DNA from: a virus
Taxonomy: Duplodnaviria; Caudoviricetes
Strand: one strand, 5' to 3'
DNA length: 64,000 nt
IMG/VR virus record: IMGVR_UViG_3300044675_005052
Below, piece after piece: positions 1-10,303 of the stretch (positions within the stretch are counted from its first letter, which is position 1; each line of letters starts with the position of its first letter). The notes beneath the pieces are model-generated. The model searched no databases, was not told the origin of the DNA, and saw nothing but the letters and a program-made list of their open reading frames with translations. Position numbers and translations under genes: made by a program.

Positions 1-3000
1 TTGAATGAAAATAAATCACAACCATTGGTTTCGTTACCTGGTGAAAATAATGTTGTTAATTTTATATCAAATTCAACATCAAGTAATATTTTTAATTTAA
101 CTGATACATACCCATTTACAAATTTTACTTGGGTTAAAAATGAATTGGCTAATGGTAATTCAATTTCTGATATTAAATCATCATATAATACAGCAAAAGT
201 ATTAACATATAATACTAATAAGAAAATTATATCTAATTTTTTAGATATTACTAATAATAATGATAGAAGACCATTTACTAATTTCTTATTTAATAATATA
301 AAATCACCAATTTATTATTTTGACTTAAAATTATTTTATGAAAATAGAAGTTTTGACTCACAATTACCGACAGAAGGTAATTTAAGATATAATGACTATT
401 CAGGGTTAGTTACGAGTAATCAAACCGTTTCAATGTTTAACACACCATATTTTGTTAATTCAATACAAGAAGGTGTAAAGAATTTTAGAAATGGTGACGA
501 ATATCCATTCGTTGCATCGGCATATCTGTTTTTAAATAGTTTACCATTATCTACACTTAGAGAAAAATATAAAACTTATTCGTCAAATTCAGTAACTGAT
601 TTAGATTATATTTTTGCTACACTTAAGAAATTTGGAGCGGTTCATAAGTTACCATACGCTTGGATATTAAAAATTGGTTCTGTTTGGAGTAGATATAAAA
701 ATTTTGTTGAAACTGGTAAAGATATTTTAGACACATCATGGTCAGGATTTAGTTATGTTCATAACTATGACCCGGTAACAAATTCACCAACAAGAAACTA
801 TAATTTGATAATAAATGGGGCTCAAATGGATATTGTGTTAGAAAAAAACACAACATTAGGTGCTGAAACATCTTCATTAATTAATACAGGTTTTTATCCA
901 TTATTAATTAATGACTTTAATGTTTTTTATCAAGGATTCCAAATATATTCAGGTTATACTGATTCGGACATTCAAAATGGATTTACTTCAGGAGTTACAT
1001 TAAATTATGTGCCTGAAGCAATAATTAATATGCCTGAAGGGTTTGACCCAAATAATCCAAAAAGAGATTTGAGAGTTATTCCTTGGTCAGTTTACATTAC
1101 AACATTAGATAACATTTCGTCATATATTGTACCATCACAAGGTGCGTTAATAAATCAGACAAGTAATGAGTGTATAACTGAAGAAACTAATCAATTGAAA
1201 TATGAAATCACCGGTAATACTGCAATGTATAATGGTTCGGTTAGAATGTTTTGGGTTGCACCTAATTATGGGTATTTTGATATTAATAAAGTTGTTAAGC
1301 CAACACCTATAAAATATTTAAAACAAGTTTTTAACATTACGGGTGATACCAAACAAGAAAATTTCTCAATTAATGGTAAACAAGACCAATATTCCGAAAT
1401 AAGTGAAATGTTTTCAGTTTTTGAAAAAGAAGTTTTAGATAGTTTTGAATCGGAATTTTTAAATTTTTCAAAATCTATATATGATTTTGATGATGAGTTT
1501 ATATCAAATAGTGATACCGAAACAACCAAATCATTTAAAAATTTCCAAATGTTGATGAGAAGTTTAATGAGAATTCCAAAAGTAGGTGGTACTAACATTA
1601 ATACTGAATTAGTTTCTGCGGTACAAGATTCGCAGCTAAGTGTTTTAACAAATATTTTACAATCATTTTTAAGTTACGATGTTGTTTTCAAATATGGTAA
1701 TCCGGCAAACTTTGATAAGAGATTATTTTACACTTTTTCAAATAGATTACTTGCTGACCCATATACATGGAGTAAGTATTCATTTCAAACACCAACACCA
1801 TTACCAACATCAGGTGGAACGGTAACGTTATCACAATCTATAACAAATTATCCTAATGAATGGAAAGCGTTACAAGTATATGTTGGTTTTTCCGAAATAC
1901 CTCAATTACAATATACAAATGATGGTTCATATATAACCGATTTCTTTGTTGATTGTAATATAGATTTTAGTGTGGATAATATTAAAATATTTGCACCAAT
2001 TATTAAAATATACGCAACACAAAAATTAAATGATAGTACTTTGAATTATAATAAATTTGTTACTTTAATGAATGAATACATAACTAGTACAGATAATTTT
2101 CAAAATATCATTATTAATAAATTAATGCCTAAATTACGTAAACAATTACCTGATGTTGGGAGTACACCTGATGCTGCACTTGCAACTGCATTAGAAGGTC
2201 CTCAAACAAAATTAGAATATTGGGAGGCGTTTAAAGCGTTAAACGATAAATGGATTTCAGGTAATGACTTTAAAACTAAAACACTTTTTGAAGATGTTTT
2301 ATTAATGGATAGAGCAAACAGAAACATTGGGGATAAAGTATTAGTTGATGTTAATAAATTAAAATTTAGATTAACAGATATAAACCCTAAAACAAGTATG
2401 TTGACTTTTGTTCAAACAATTTTAGTTGAAAATAATTTTGTTGTTATGAACATACCTTCATACGTTAACTTTTATAATGTACAAGATGCGGTCAAAAATC
2501 CTGTTCCAAAACCGGAAGGGTCTCTTGAATTTGCTAATACAATGTTTGGTACATTTTTAAATGTTGATTATAGAAATTCTTCAGCTAAAATGGTTTGTTT
2601 TTATGCCGGTAAACCAAGTGAGCAACCGGATTTTAAAAATAATGCTAATGTAAGATTTAAAGGTGATTCTTTTGATTTAAGACGTGCTAGTGATAACCCA
2701 TTAATTGAAGACCAAATAGGTAAACAAGATTGGGATAAATCTAATAAAGTTGTTGGTTTTAATGTTGATGTTGGCCCACAAAGTCAATCAATTTTTCATG
2801 GATTTCAAATAGACCAAAGTGCCGGACAAGCAACCGCAGAATCGTTACAACAAACAGATGAGTTAGTTAAACAATCTTCAGGTAAATCATCGGGAACTCA
2901 AAATATTTCATTATATAATTTATATAAAAATAGAAGTTATGCTTGTACTGTGTCAATGATGGGTAACGCTATGATTCAACCAACTATGTATTTTAATTTG

Positions 3001-4392
3001 AGACACGTACCAATGTTTAGTGGGGCTTACATGATTCAAGAAGTTAATCATAGTATTGGGCCTGGCACGTTTGAAACAATATTTAAGGGAATCAGACAAT
3101 CTGTGTCAAATTTACCTGAAATAGATAGTTACATACAAACTTTAAAAACTAATTTATTAACTTCAATTATTGAGAAAAATAAACAAGACAAACAAGCGGC
3201 AATTAAAGAAAGTGGTACTAAACAAGATAATGTTATTAGTCAAACTAATAATACTGTTAAAGACGCGGTAGACAAACCAGCAAACAGTTCAACAGATTAC
3301 CCAAGTTGTACACCAATAAGTAATTATGGAAAATATGATAAAGTTGATTCTCCAACAACAACTAAATCTAAATATAAAGACTCTATTAGTACAATTATTA
3401 CTCAAACCGCTGACCAAAAATTAAGGTATTTAGTGTTTGCAACAATTTATTTGGGGTCATCAAATGGAACTGAATTGGAAACAAAAGAAAACAACTATTC
3501 AGGTGTTGATTTATTACAAAATTGGGGTCAAACAGGTGTTTCTTATTTTAATCCACAATTTTATTGTAATTCAAGTAATGTACCATATGCGATTTTTTCA
3601 GATTTGTCTAAACATGTTGAATTTTTAATTGCGAGATTTAGTGGTAAAATTAGTTTATTACCTGATATAACCGCAAAAGAAATTGTTAAATTTTATACAT
3701 TATATTTCTCGGCAAATCAAAAAAATATTGATGTTTATAACAAATTGGTTCAAGATAATCCTAGTCAATTAAGTCAAATGGAAACTAGTGTTCAAAAATC
3801 TATTGATTTATTTAAAACCGGTAGTGGAAATGTAAGTGGTACTCCACCACCTAATACACCACCAAAAGCCACAACTGATGAAGAAATTTTTGCAAATAGT
3901 AAAAAATTTAGTAAAGCGACTATAGAAAATATTGACATATATAATAGTCAACTTAGGGGTGATTTTGTTATTGATTATGAAGATGAATTATTAACACAAA
4001 ACTATCCTGCTAAATTATATATTGTGGGAGGTATTGATAAAGTAGAAATTGGTAGTTTTACCATAGAACCAGACAAAAATAAAAATATTGGTGCATTTGT
4101 TTCAGTTCCTAACATTAGAGCAATTTTAGAGGAAGCTCGAAATGATAAGGAATATACATTTACTTTGGTTGTAAAAGTTAATGCTTTTCCAAATATTAGT
4201 TATTCATTTCAATATGTTTTCACACCAATAAAATGTCCTGATGAGGATTTTGGAGCTCGTAAAGTGATTGAAGTCAATTTGTGGAAAAAAGTTAAGGATA
4301 ATATTTGTTGTAAATGTTATAGTCAACCATATACAGGTTCTGAAATTATTTGGGATAGTAAACCATGTTCTAGAAACGGAACAACATGTTAA
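1..4392 (+). CDS. C-terminal part (5' truncated by window) of a giant virion protein with a baseplate hub (gp27/GpD-like) motif and a downstream lysozyme/GH73-like segment
   Basis: Open from base 1. The segment MMGNAMIQPTMYFNLRHVPMFSGAYMIQEVNHSIGPGTFETIFKGIR (~2956-3096) resembles the G-x-P..FSG-x-Y-x-V-x-x-V-x-H..T C-terminal signature of hub proteins. Confidence 0.55.
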   Translation: MNENKSQPLVSLPGENNVVNFISNSTSSNIFNLTDTYPFTNFTWVKNELANGNSISDIKSSYNTAKVLTYNTNKKIISNFLDITNNNDRRPFTNFLFNNIKSPIYYFDLKLFYENRSFDSQLPTEGNLRYNDYSGLVTSNQTVSMFNTPYFVNSIQEGVKNFRNGDEYPFVASAYLFLNSLPLSTLREKYKTYSSNSVTDLDYIFATLKKFGAVHKLPYAWILKIGSVWSRYKNFVETGKDILDTSWSGFSYVHNYDPVTNSPTRNYNLIINGAQMDIVLEKNTTLGAETSSLINTGFYPLLINDFNVFYQGFQIYSGYTDSDIQNGFTSGVTLNYVPEAIINMPEGFDPNNPKRDLRVIPWSVYITTLDNISSYIVPSQGALINQTSNECITEETNQLKYEITGNTAMYNGSVRMFWVAPNYGYFDINKVVKPTPIKYLKQVFNITGDTKQENFSINGKQDQYSEISEMFSVFEKEVLDSFESEFLNFSKSIYDFDDEFISNSDTETTKSFKNFQMLMRSLMRIPKVGGTNINTELVSAVQDSQLSVLTNILQSFLSYDVVFKYGNPANFDKRLFYTFSNRLLADPYTWSKYSFQTPTPLPTSGGTVTLSQSITNYPNEWKALQVYVGFSEIPQLQYTNDGSYITDFFVDCNIDFSVDNIKIFAPIIKIYATQKLNDSTLNYNKFVTLMNEYITSTDNFQNIIINKLMPKLRKQLPDVGSTPDAALATALEGPQTKLEYWEAFKALNDKWISGNDFKTKTLFEDVLLMDRANRNIGDKVLVDVNKLKFRLTDINPKTSMLTFVQTILVENNFVVMNIPSYVNFYNVQDAVKNPVPKPEGSLEFANTMFGTFLNVDYRNSSAKMVCFYAGKPSEQPDFKNNANVRFKGDSFDLRRASDNPLIEDQIGKQDWDKSNKVVGFNVDVGPQSQSIFHGFQIDQSAGQATAESLQQTDELVKQSSGKSSGTQNISLYNLYKNRSYACTVSMMGNAMIQPTMYFNLRHVPMFSGAYMIQEVNHSIGPGTFETIFKGIRQSVSNLPEIDSYIQTLKTNLLTSIIEKNKQDKQAAIKESGTKQDNVISQTNNTVKDAVDKPANSSTDYPSCTPISNYGKYDKVDSPTTTKSKYKDSISTIITQTADQKLRYLVFATIYLGSSNGTELETKENNYSGVDLLQNWGQTGVSYFNPQFYCNSSNVPYAIFSDLSKHVEFLIARFSGKISLLPDITAKEIVKFYTLYFSANQKNIDVYNKLVQDNPSQLSQMETSVQKSIDLFKTGSGNVSGTPPPNTPPKATTDEEIFANSKKFSKATIENIDIYNSQLRGDFVIDYEDELLTQNYPAKLYIVGGIDKVEIGSFTIEPDKNKNIGAFVSVPNIRAILEEARNDKEYTFTLVVKVNAFPNISYSFQYVFTPIKCPDEDFGARKVIEVNLWKKVKDNICCKCYSQPYTGSEIIWDSKPCSRNGTTC

Positions 4393-4416
4393 ATTAAGTT
4401 TTTTCAAAATAAAAGA

Positions 4417-4424
4417 TATTTATA
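4417..4424 (+). promoter_or_regulatory. Putative late-promoter motif TATTTATA
   Basis: 11 nt upstream of ATG 4436; the same TATTTAT(A/T) motif recurs on the coding strand upstream of about 11 genes. Confidence 0.55.
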
Positions 4425-4435
4425 AATAAAAGATT

Positions 4436-4660
4436 ATGGACACAAAATTAATATTAGACAACTATTTAGGTAAAAATACCAGAAGTACCGAAAAAGATTT
4501 GGGGGATGGTTCTAAACAAGTATGTGATTTAGACACTGGAGATTGTTATACTATCAGAATGAAAGATGGTTTAATTGAAAGAGTTGATAACACATTAAAC
4601 AAAAATAAAAAAATTCAAGTTGAAACTTTAACAGGTGTAAAACAACTATTAAACGGTTAA
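4436..4660 (+). CDS. Hypothetical protein, 74 aa
   Basis: Clean ORF with A-rich leader and upstream TATTTATA. Confidence 0.8.
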   Translation: MDTKLILDNYLGKNTRSTEKDLGDGSKQVCDLDTGDCYTIRMKDGLIERVDNTLNKNKKIQVETLTGVKQLLNG

Positions 4661-4664
4661 TAAC

Positions 4665-5345
4665 ATGAAAAAAATAGACAATCAAATTTTAGAGGAAATT
4701 GCTAGATATAATTCTATCAATCAATATATTGTTGAACAAGATGCTACGTTACCTCCTCCACCTGGTGAAGTTGACCCAAACGCAGCTCCGGCTCCTGATG
4801 CAGGATTAGCTCCTGAAACGGCTCCACCGGCAGACCCAAATGCTGCGATTGCCCCACCGGCTCCGGCAGGACCTCAACCGGTTGATGTTGCGACTGACCC
4901 GGATGTGGAAAAAATTGGTGATGATGAAAAATCAGAATCAAAAACGGAAGAAATGGATATTACTGATTTAGTAAAATCACAGAAAAAAGTTGAAGAGAAA
5001 CAAGAAGAGTATTTTAATAACTTATTCCAACATTTAGATAATTTAGAAACTAAATTAGGTGAAATGGATGGTATCATGACTAAATTAAATGATTTAGAAG
5101 CTAAAGTTGAAAAATACAGAGAAAAAACTCCTCAAGAAAAATTAGAATTAAGAACATTAGATTCAGGTCCTTTCAATCAAAAATTAAGTCAATTCTTTGA
5201 TGATAAAGAGGAGGATATGGAAAAAACAGGAAAAAATGAATATGTTTTAACTCAAGACGAAGTTGAAGATTATTCACCAAATGAGATTAAAAAAACCTTC
5301 AGAAATTTTGAAGACGAAGTAAATCCATTTAGACAAGTAAGATAA
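4665..5345 (+). CDS. Hypothetical acidic protein with Pro/Ala-rich linker and coiled coil (possibly head-associated)
   Basis: 226 aa; PPPPGEVDPNAAPAP linker, heptad-like region, N-terminal ILEE/IVE motifs. Confidence 0.75.
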   Translation: MKKIDNQILEEIARYNSINQYIVEQDATLPPPPGEVDPNAAPAPDAGLAPETAPPADPNAAIAPPAPAGPQPVDVATDPDVEKIGDDEKSESKTEEMDITDLVKSQKKVEEKQEEYFNNLFQHLDNLETKLGEMDGIMTKLNDLEAKVEKYREKTPQEKLELRTLDSGPFNQKLSQFFDDKEEDMEKTGKNEYVLTQDEVEDYSPNEIKKTFRNFEDEVNPFRQVR

Positions 5346-5349
5346 TTTT

Positions 5350-5373
5350 AACGGTCTTCGGACCGTTTTTTTT
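5350..5373 (+). terminator. Rho-independent terminator with C(UUCG)G tetraloop
   Basis: AACGGTC-TTCG-GACCGTT followed by a T run, right after stop 5345. Confidence 0.9.
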
Positions 5374-5383
5374 ACAAAACAAT

Positions 5384-5412
5384 TTGACAAACACACGGCT
5401 GACACTTATACT
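5384..5412 (+). promoter_or_regulatory. Sigma70-type promoter for the SSB/recombination operon
   Basis: TTGACA (5384-5389), 17 nt spacer, TATACT (5407-5412). Confidence 0.7.
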
Positions 5413-5441
5413 TTAATAAACCTTTAAATATTTTAAACACT

Positions 5442-6296
5442 ATGGCGACAAATTCATTAGACGCAGTTTTGGCTCAATACGAGCAATCAAAACAAGGTAG
5501 TTCTTCTTCTACCTCAAAATTTACACAAGAAGAGAGAATGAAAAAATACTTCGCGGCAATCCTTCAAGACAAGGAAACTCAAGGGCAACGAAGATTAAGA
5601 ATCTTACCAACTACAGATGGTTCAACCCCATTTAAAGAAGTTTGGTATCACGAGATTCAAGTAGATGGAAAATTCCAAAAATTTTATGACCCGGGAAAAA
5701 ACGACAACGAACGTTCACCTTTAAATGAGGTTTACGAAGAACTTCGTTCAACCGGAAAAGAATCTGACAAAGAGTTAGCTAAAAATTATTTATCACGTAA
5801 ATTTTACATTGTGAAAGTTATTGATAGAGATAACGAGGCAGACGGTGTTAAATTTTGGAGATTTAAACACAACTACAAAAATGAAGGAATTTTAGATAAA
5901 ATTATTCCTATTTGGAGAAATAAAGGTGATATTACTGACCCGGTAACAGGTAGAGATATCATTTTAGAATTGACTAAAGCTAAAACTCCAAAAGGTGCAT
6001 TTTACACAGTAATCCAAACAGTTATGTATGATGACGCGGCTCCTGTTCATGAGGACAAAGCAACTGCTGACGGATGGGTTAACGATGAGTTATCTTGGGA
6101 AGATGTTTACTCTAAAAAACCTGTTGAGTATTTAGAAGCTATCGCAAGAGGTGAGACTCCAAAATGGAACTCTGATAAAGGTGGTTACGATTATGGTAAC
6201 TCTGATTCTGATGAGATGTCATTTGGTGGTTCTAAACCATCTGCTCCGATTGACCCACAAGCGGGTGATGAACCGGAAGATGATATGCCTTTCTAA
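5442..6296 (+). CDS. Single-stranded DNA-binding protein (T4 gp32-like)
   Basis: RLRILP..PFKEVWYH, RKFYIVKVIDR..GVKFWRF, DITDP..GRDIIL pattern; acidic tail ending DDMPF; lies just before the recombinase. Confidence 0.75.
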   Translation: MATNSLDAVLAQYEQSKQGSSSSTSKFTQEERMKKYFAAILQDKETQGQRRLRILPTTDGSTPFKEVWYHEIQVDGKFQKFYDPGKNDNERSPLNEVYEELRSTGKESDKELAKNYLSRKFYIVKVIDRDNEADGVKFWRFKHNYKNEGILDKIIPIWRNKGDITDPVTGRDIILELTKAKTPKGAFYTVIQTVMYDDAAPVHEDKATADGWVNDELSWEDVYSKKPVEYLEAIARGETPKWNSDKGGYDYGNSDSDEMSFGGSKPSAPIDPQAGDEPEDDMPF

Positions 6297-6310
6297 TCAA
6301 AAAAAAAATA

Positions 6311-6360
6311 TAGACATATTACTTGGACACTAGGTCTTACTTGGTGTCCAACTTGTCTAA
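6311..6360. other. Intergenic imperfect hairpin between SSB and recA-like gene
   Basis: TAGACA(6311)/TGTCTA(6354) and TTGGACAC(6323)/GTGTCCAA(6344) arms. Confidence 0.6.
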
Positions 6361-6391
6361 AAAAACTAAAAAAATTAAATTAATTAGAGAT

Positions 6392-7396
6392 ATGGCAATT
6401 AAAAAACATGATTTCAAGTCCATTAAGGACAAATTCTCTACATCTGCAAAATACAAACCACAAAGGTTCTTTGATTTAGGTCCTGACTTTTTGGATGCTG
6501 TTGGTATTCCGGGTCCGGCTATTGGACATTTAAATATGTTCTTGGGTCATTCCGATACAGGTAAAACCACAGCTTTAGTTAAATGTGCGGTTGATGCTCA
6601 GAAAAAACAAATATTACCTGTATTCATTATTACGGAACAAAAATGGTCGTTTGAACATGCTAAACTTATGGGTTTTGAGTGTGAAGAAATGGTTGATGAA
6701 GAAACAGGTGAATTAGAATGGGACGGGTTCTACATCTTCAATAATAACTTCAGTTATATTGAACAAATTACTGACTACATCAACTCTTTATTAGATGCTC
6801 AAGAGAAAGGTGAATTAGATTATAGTTTATTGTTCTTATGGGATTCTGTTGGTTCAGTCCCTTGTAAAATGACTTATGAAGGTAAAGGTGGAAAACAACA
6901 TAATGCTGCTGCATTAGCTGATAAAATTGGAATGGGAATTAATCAAAGAATTTCAGGAAGTCGTAAAGCGGATTCTAAATATGAGAATACTTTGGTTATT
7001 GTTAACCAACCTTGGGTTGAACTTCCGGATAATCCATTTGGACAACCTAAAATTAAAGCTAAAGGTGGTGAGGCAATTTGGTTAAACTCTTCATTAGTAT
7101 TCCGTTTTGGTAATGAGAAAGGTGCGGGAACAACAAAAATTACTGCGACTAAAGATAAGAGAACTATCAAATTTGCTGTGAGAACTAAAATTTCAGTAAT
7201 GAAAAACCACATCAATGGATTAGGTTATGAGGATGGTAAAATTATAGTAACACCTCATGGATTCTTGGCAGGTAAAGAGACTACAGAAGAAAAAGCTTCA
7301 ATTGAGAAGTACAAAAAAGAATACTCTGAATATTGGAAAAACATCATTGGAACAGATGGTGATTTTGATTTGAAAGAAGTAGAAGAAAAAGATTAG
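6392..7396 (+). CDS. recA: RecA/UvsX-like recombinase (likely start ATG 6392, not TTG 6323)
   Basis: Walker A GHSDTGKTT, Walker B LFLWDSVG, IVNQ and KAKGGEAI motifs of the RecA family. Confidence 0.85.
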   Translation: MAIKKHDFKSIKDKFSTSAKYKPQRFFDLGPDFLDAVGIPGPAIGHLNMFLGHSDTGKTTALVKCAVDAQKKQILPVFIITEQKWSFEHAKLMGFECEEMVDEETGELEWDGFYIFNNNFSYIEQITDYINSLLDAQEKGELDYSLLFLWDSVGSVPCKMTYEGKGGKQHNAAALADKIGMGINQRISGSRKADSKYENTLVIVNQPWVELPDNPFGQPKIKAKGGEAIWLNSSLVFRFGNEKGAGTTKITATKDKRTIKFAVRTKISVMKNHINGLGYEDGKIIVTPHGFLAGKETTEEKASIEKYKKEYSEYWKNIIGTDGDFDLKEVEEKD

Positions 7397-7417
7397 TAAC
7401 GAATACAAACAAAACAA

Positions 7418-8422
7418 GTGGTTAAAACCCTATTAGTGGACGGCAATAATTTAGTAAAGATTGGATTTCACGGAGTAAAAGATTATTATCATAATGGAAA
7501 ACATATAGGTGCCTTATGGCACTTTGTGAACACCATTAGACGATTCATAGATGAACAAAACTTTGATAAGGTTGTTGTTATGTGGGATGGTGATGATAAC
7601 TCTTCAACTCGCAAACTTATTTATCCCCAATACAAAGAACAACGTAGAGACAGAGACAACGAGTATAAGTTAGATTCTTTCACTGAGCAGAAAGAAAGAA
7701 TTAAACAATACTTGGAGGACTGTTATGTGAGACAAATCAACGTAGATAATAACGAAGCGGATGATTTGATTGCTTACTATTGCCAAATCTCTGATAACGA
7801 ACAAAAAACCATTTATTCGGGGGATAAAGACCTCACCCAACTTATTTCAGATAAGGTTTCGGTGTATTACCCAAGAACTAAAGAAACTTATCAATTAGGT
7901 AGTAAAATCAAATGTGATATTTACGAATTTCCGCATCAAAATATTAAAACTTATAAAATTTTATCGGGTGACAAATCTGATAACATTGATGGTATTTCAG
8001 GTTTAGGTGAAAAAACACTTATTAAGTTTTTCCCTGAGTTACTTGAAAAACCGGTTACTATTACCGATATTTTACAAAAAGCTGAGAACCTACTTAAAGA
8101 AAATAAGAATAATAAAACATTACAAAATTTAATATCGGGTAAAACTAAAAGAGGTGTTCATGGGGAGGAATTTTTCACTATTAATGAGAAAATAATAAAT
8201 CTATCGAATCCGTTAATTACTGATGATGCTAAAGAACTTGTAGAGTTATATTATAGAGAAACGTTAGACCCGGATGGTCGGGGACATAGGAATCTTATAA
8301 AGATGATGATGGAAGACGGTTTTTTTAAATATCTACCAAAGGGGGATGACGCGTGGGTGAATTTTGTTAGACCCTTTATGAAACTAACGAGAAAAGAAAA
8401 AAGAAATTATAACAACAATTAA
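7418..8422 (+). CDS. 5'-3' exonuclease / RNase H (T4 rnh, PolI N-terminal family)
   Basis: LLVDGNN, WDG..R..YPQYKEQR, EADDLIA, SGDKDLTQL, GDKSDNIDGISGLGEKT (helix-3-turn-helix). Confidence 0.9.
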   Translation: MVKTLLVDGNNLVKIGFHGVKDYYHNGKHIGALWHFVNTIRRFIDEQNFDKVVVMWDGDDNSSTRKLIYPQYKEQRRDRDNEYKLDSFTEQKERIKQYLEDCYVRQINVDNNEADDLIAYYCQISDNEQKTIYSGDKDLTQLISDKVSVYYPRTKETYQLGSKIKCDIYEFPHQNIKTYKILSGDKSDNIDGISGLGEKTLIKFFPELLEKPVTITDILQKAENLLKENKNNKTLQNLISGKTKRGVHGEEFFTINEKIINLSNPLITDDAKELVELYYRETLDPDGRGHRNLIKMMMEDGFFKYLPKGDDAWVNFVRPFMKLTRKEKRNYNNN

Positions 8423-8430
8423 TTAAAACT

Positions 8431-8883
8431 ATGAAAGACCAAGAATCGGTAAAATTAGAATTCTTAATGATGGTAAATGATAACATCATTGTACAAAGAT
8501 TTTTTAACGTAAGAGAGTTTAACAATGAGGCAAAAAACTCATTAGAACTTTATGAATTACTTCGTGAATTTAAAGAAGACATTCAAACTCAATTATCATT
8601 GAAAACAGTAACGTATATGTCTGATAACATGTATGAAATTATTAACAATCCGGCTATTTTGGAAACGTCATATACTGATGGTCCGGAGTATTTTAACATC
8701 TTCATTAAACAAAATGATATGACAATTTGTCATAGACAAGTGGATGCTAAAATATACCCCCCAAAGATAAGATATACTGTGGATGTACGCCCACACCTAA
8801 AAAACTTATTGATGAACTTGACTGACATTTTTTCATCTAAAAATTTAACAAAAAAATATCTGGATGTTACCTTAAGTGTGTAG
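8431..8883 (+). CDS. Hypothetical protein, 150 aa
   Basis: Tightly packed ORF in the replication operon. Confidence 0.8.
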   Translation: MKDQESVKLEFLMMVNDNIIVQRFFNVREFNNEAKNSLELYELLREFKEDIQTQLSLKTVTYMSDNMYEIINNPAILETSYTDGPEYFNIFIKQNDMTICHRQVDAKIYPPKIRYTVDVRPHLKNLLMNLTDIFSSKNLTKKYLDVTLSV

Positions 8884-8913
8884 TATTTATTAATACACTA
8901 AAAGAAAAATTAT

Positions 8914-10296
8914 ATGGCGTCAAACAAAAATTTCGAGTATCTAGGTAGTACCTTTCAGATACAATTATTAAACCAAATCATTATCGACAAAGATTTCTCA
9001 AGGTCTATTATCGATGTGATTGAAACAAGTTATTTTGAAAATAAATACTTTAAACTAATCATTCAAATGATTAAAGAGTATTATACAAAATACGAACATA
9101 CACCAACCTTTGACACATTAGAACAAATCACAAAATCTGAGATACAACAACCTCTGGCGGCAAAAATCATTATTGATACCCTTACAAAAGTTAAGGAATC
9201 TACTCTTGAGGGTGCAGAATTTGTACAAGAAAAATCAATGAAGTTCTGTAAGCAACAGGAGTTACAGAAAGTAATGGTTAAAGCTCAAAAAATCATCGAC
9301 ACTGGTGAATTTGAGAGTTATGACACATTAGAGGAAATGGTTAGTAAAGCTCTTCAAGTTGGGGAACACGAAAAAGGAACGGAAAGTGTTTTCAGTAATT
9401 TAGATGACGTTTTAAACGAAGATTATCGACATCCGATACCAATGGGTATTCCGGGAATAGATAGGTTATTAAAAGGTGGTTTAGCTAAAGGTGAAATCGG
9501 TGTTGTATTAGCACCAACAGGTGTTGGTAAATCAACTTTACTGACAAAAATCTCAAATCACGCATTTAATTTGGGATATAATGTTTTACAAATATTCTTT
9601 GAGGATAACCCAAAGATTATCCAACGTAAACACATTACATTATGGACAAAAATTCATCCGGATGAATTGTCTTTAAAAAAGGATGAAGTTATGGTTAAAG
9701 TTCAAGAGATTAAGGAGAAAATGCCTAATGAACTTATACTTAAAAAACTTCCATCTGACACCGTAACAATGATGCAAATTAAGAATCAAATTAGAAAAAT
9801 GATTTCTGAAGGAAACAAAATTGATATGGTATTATTGGACTACATTGATTGTGTAGTTCCGGATAAAAACTTGGGGGATGAATGGAAATCTGAAGGGTCT
9901 GTGATGAGAGCATTTGAATCTATGTGTCACGAACTTGACTTGGTAGGGTGGACGGCAACTCAAGGTAATAGAAGTTCAATATCTTCTGATGTTGTAACTA
10001 CTGACCAAATGGGGGGTTCTATTAAAAAAGCACAGGTTGGACACGTAATCATTTCCGTGGCAAAATCTCTACAACAAAAAGAAATGAAACTAGCAACGAT
10101 TGCAATTACTAAATCACGTATTGGTGATGATGGTGTTGTATTTGAGAATTGTAAATTTGATAATGGTATGTTGGAGATTGACACTGAAAGTTCTGTAACA
10201 TTTTTAGGGTTAGAAGAACAAACCGAAGAAAGAAACAGACAAAGAATAAAAGATTTGTTAGACAAAAGAAAACAAAAAGAACAAACACAAAATTAA
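8914..10296 (+). CDS. Replicative DNA helicase (DnaB/gp41-like)
   Basis: Walker [35 protein letters not shown] motifs. Confidence 0.9.
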   Translation: MASNKNFEYLGSTFQIQLLNQIIIDKDFSRSIIDVIETSYFENKYFKLIIQMIKEYYTKYEHTPTFDTLEQITKSEIQQPLAAKIIIDTLTKVKESTLEGAEFVQEKSMKFCKQQELQKVMVKAQKIIDTGEFESYDTLEEMVSKALQVGEHEKGTESVFSNLDDVLNEDYRHPIPMGIPGIDRLLKGGLAKGEIGVVLAPTGVGKSTLLTKISNHAFNLGYNVLQIFFEDNPKIIQRKHITLWTKIHPDELSLKKDEVMVKVQEIKEKMPNELILKKLPSDTVTMMQIKNQIRKMISEGNKIDMVLLDYIDCVVPDKNLGDEWKSEGSVMRAFESMCHELDLVGWTATQGNRSSISSDVVTTDQMGGSIKKAQVGHVIISVAKSLQQKEMKLATIAITKSRIGDDGVVFENCKFDNGMLEIDTESSVTFLGLEEQTEERNRQRIKDLLDKRKQKEQTQN

Positions 10297-10303
10297 TTTA
10301 AAA

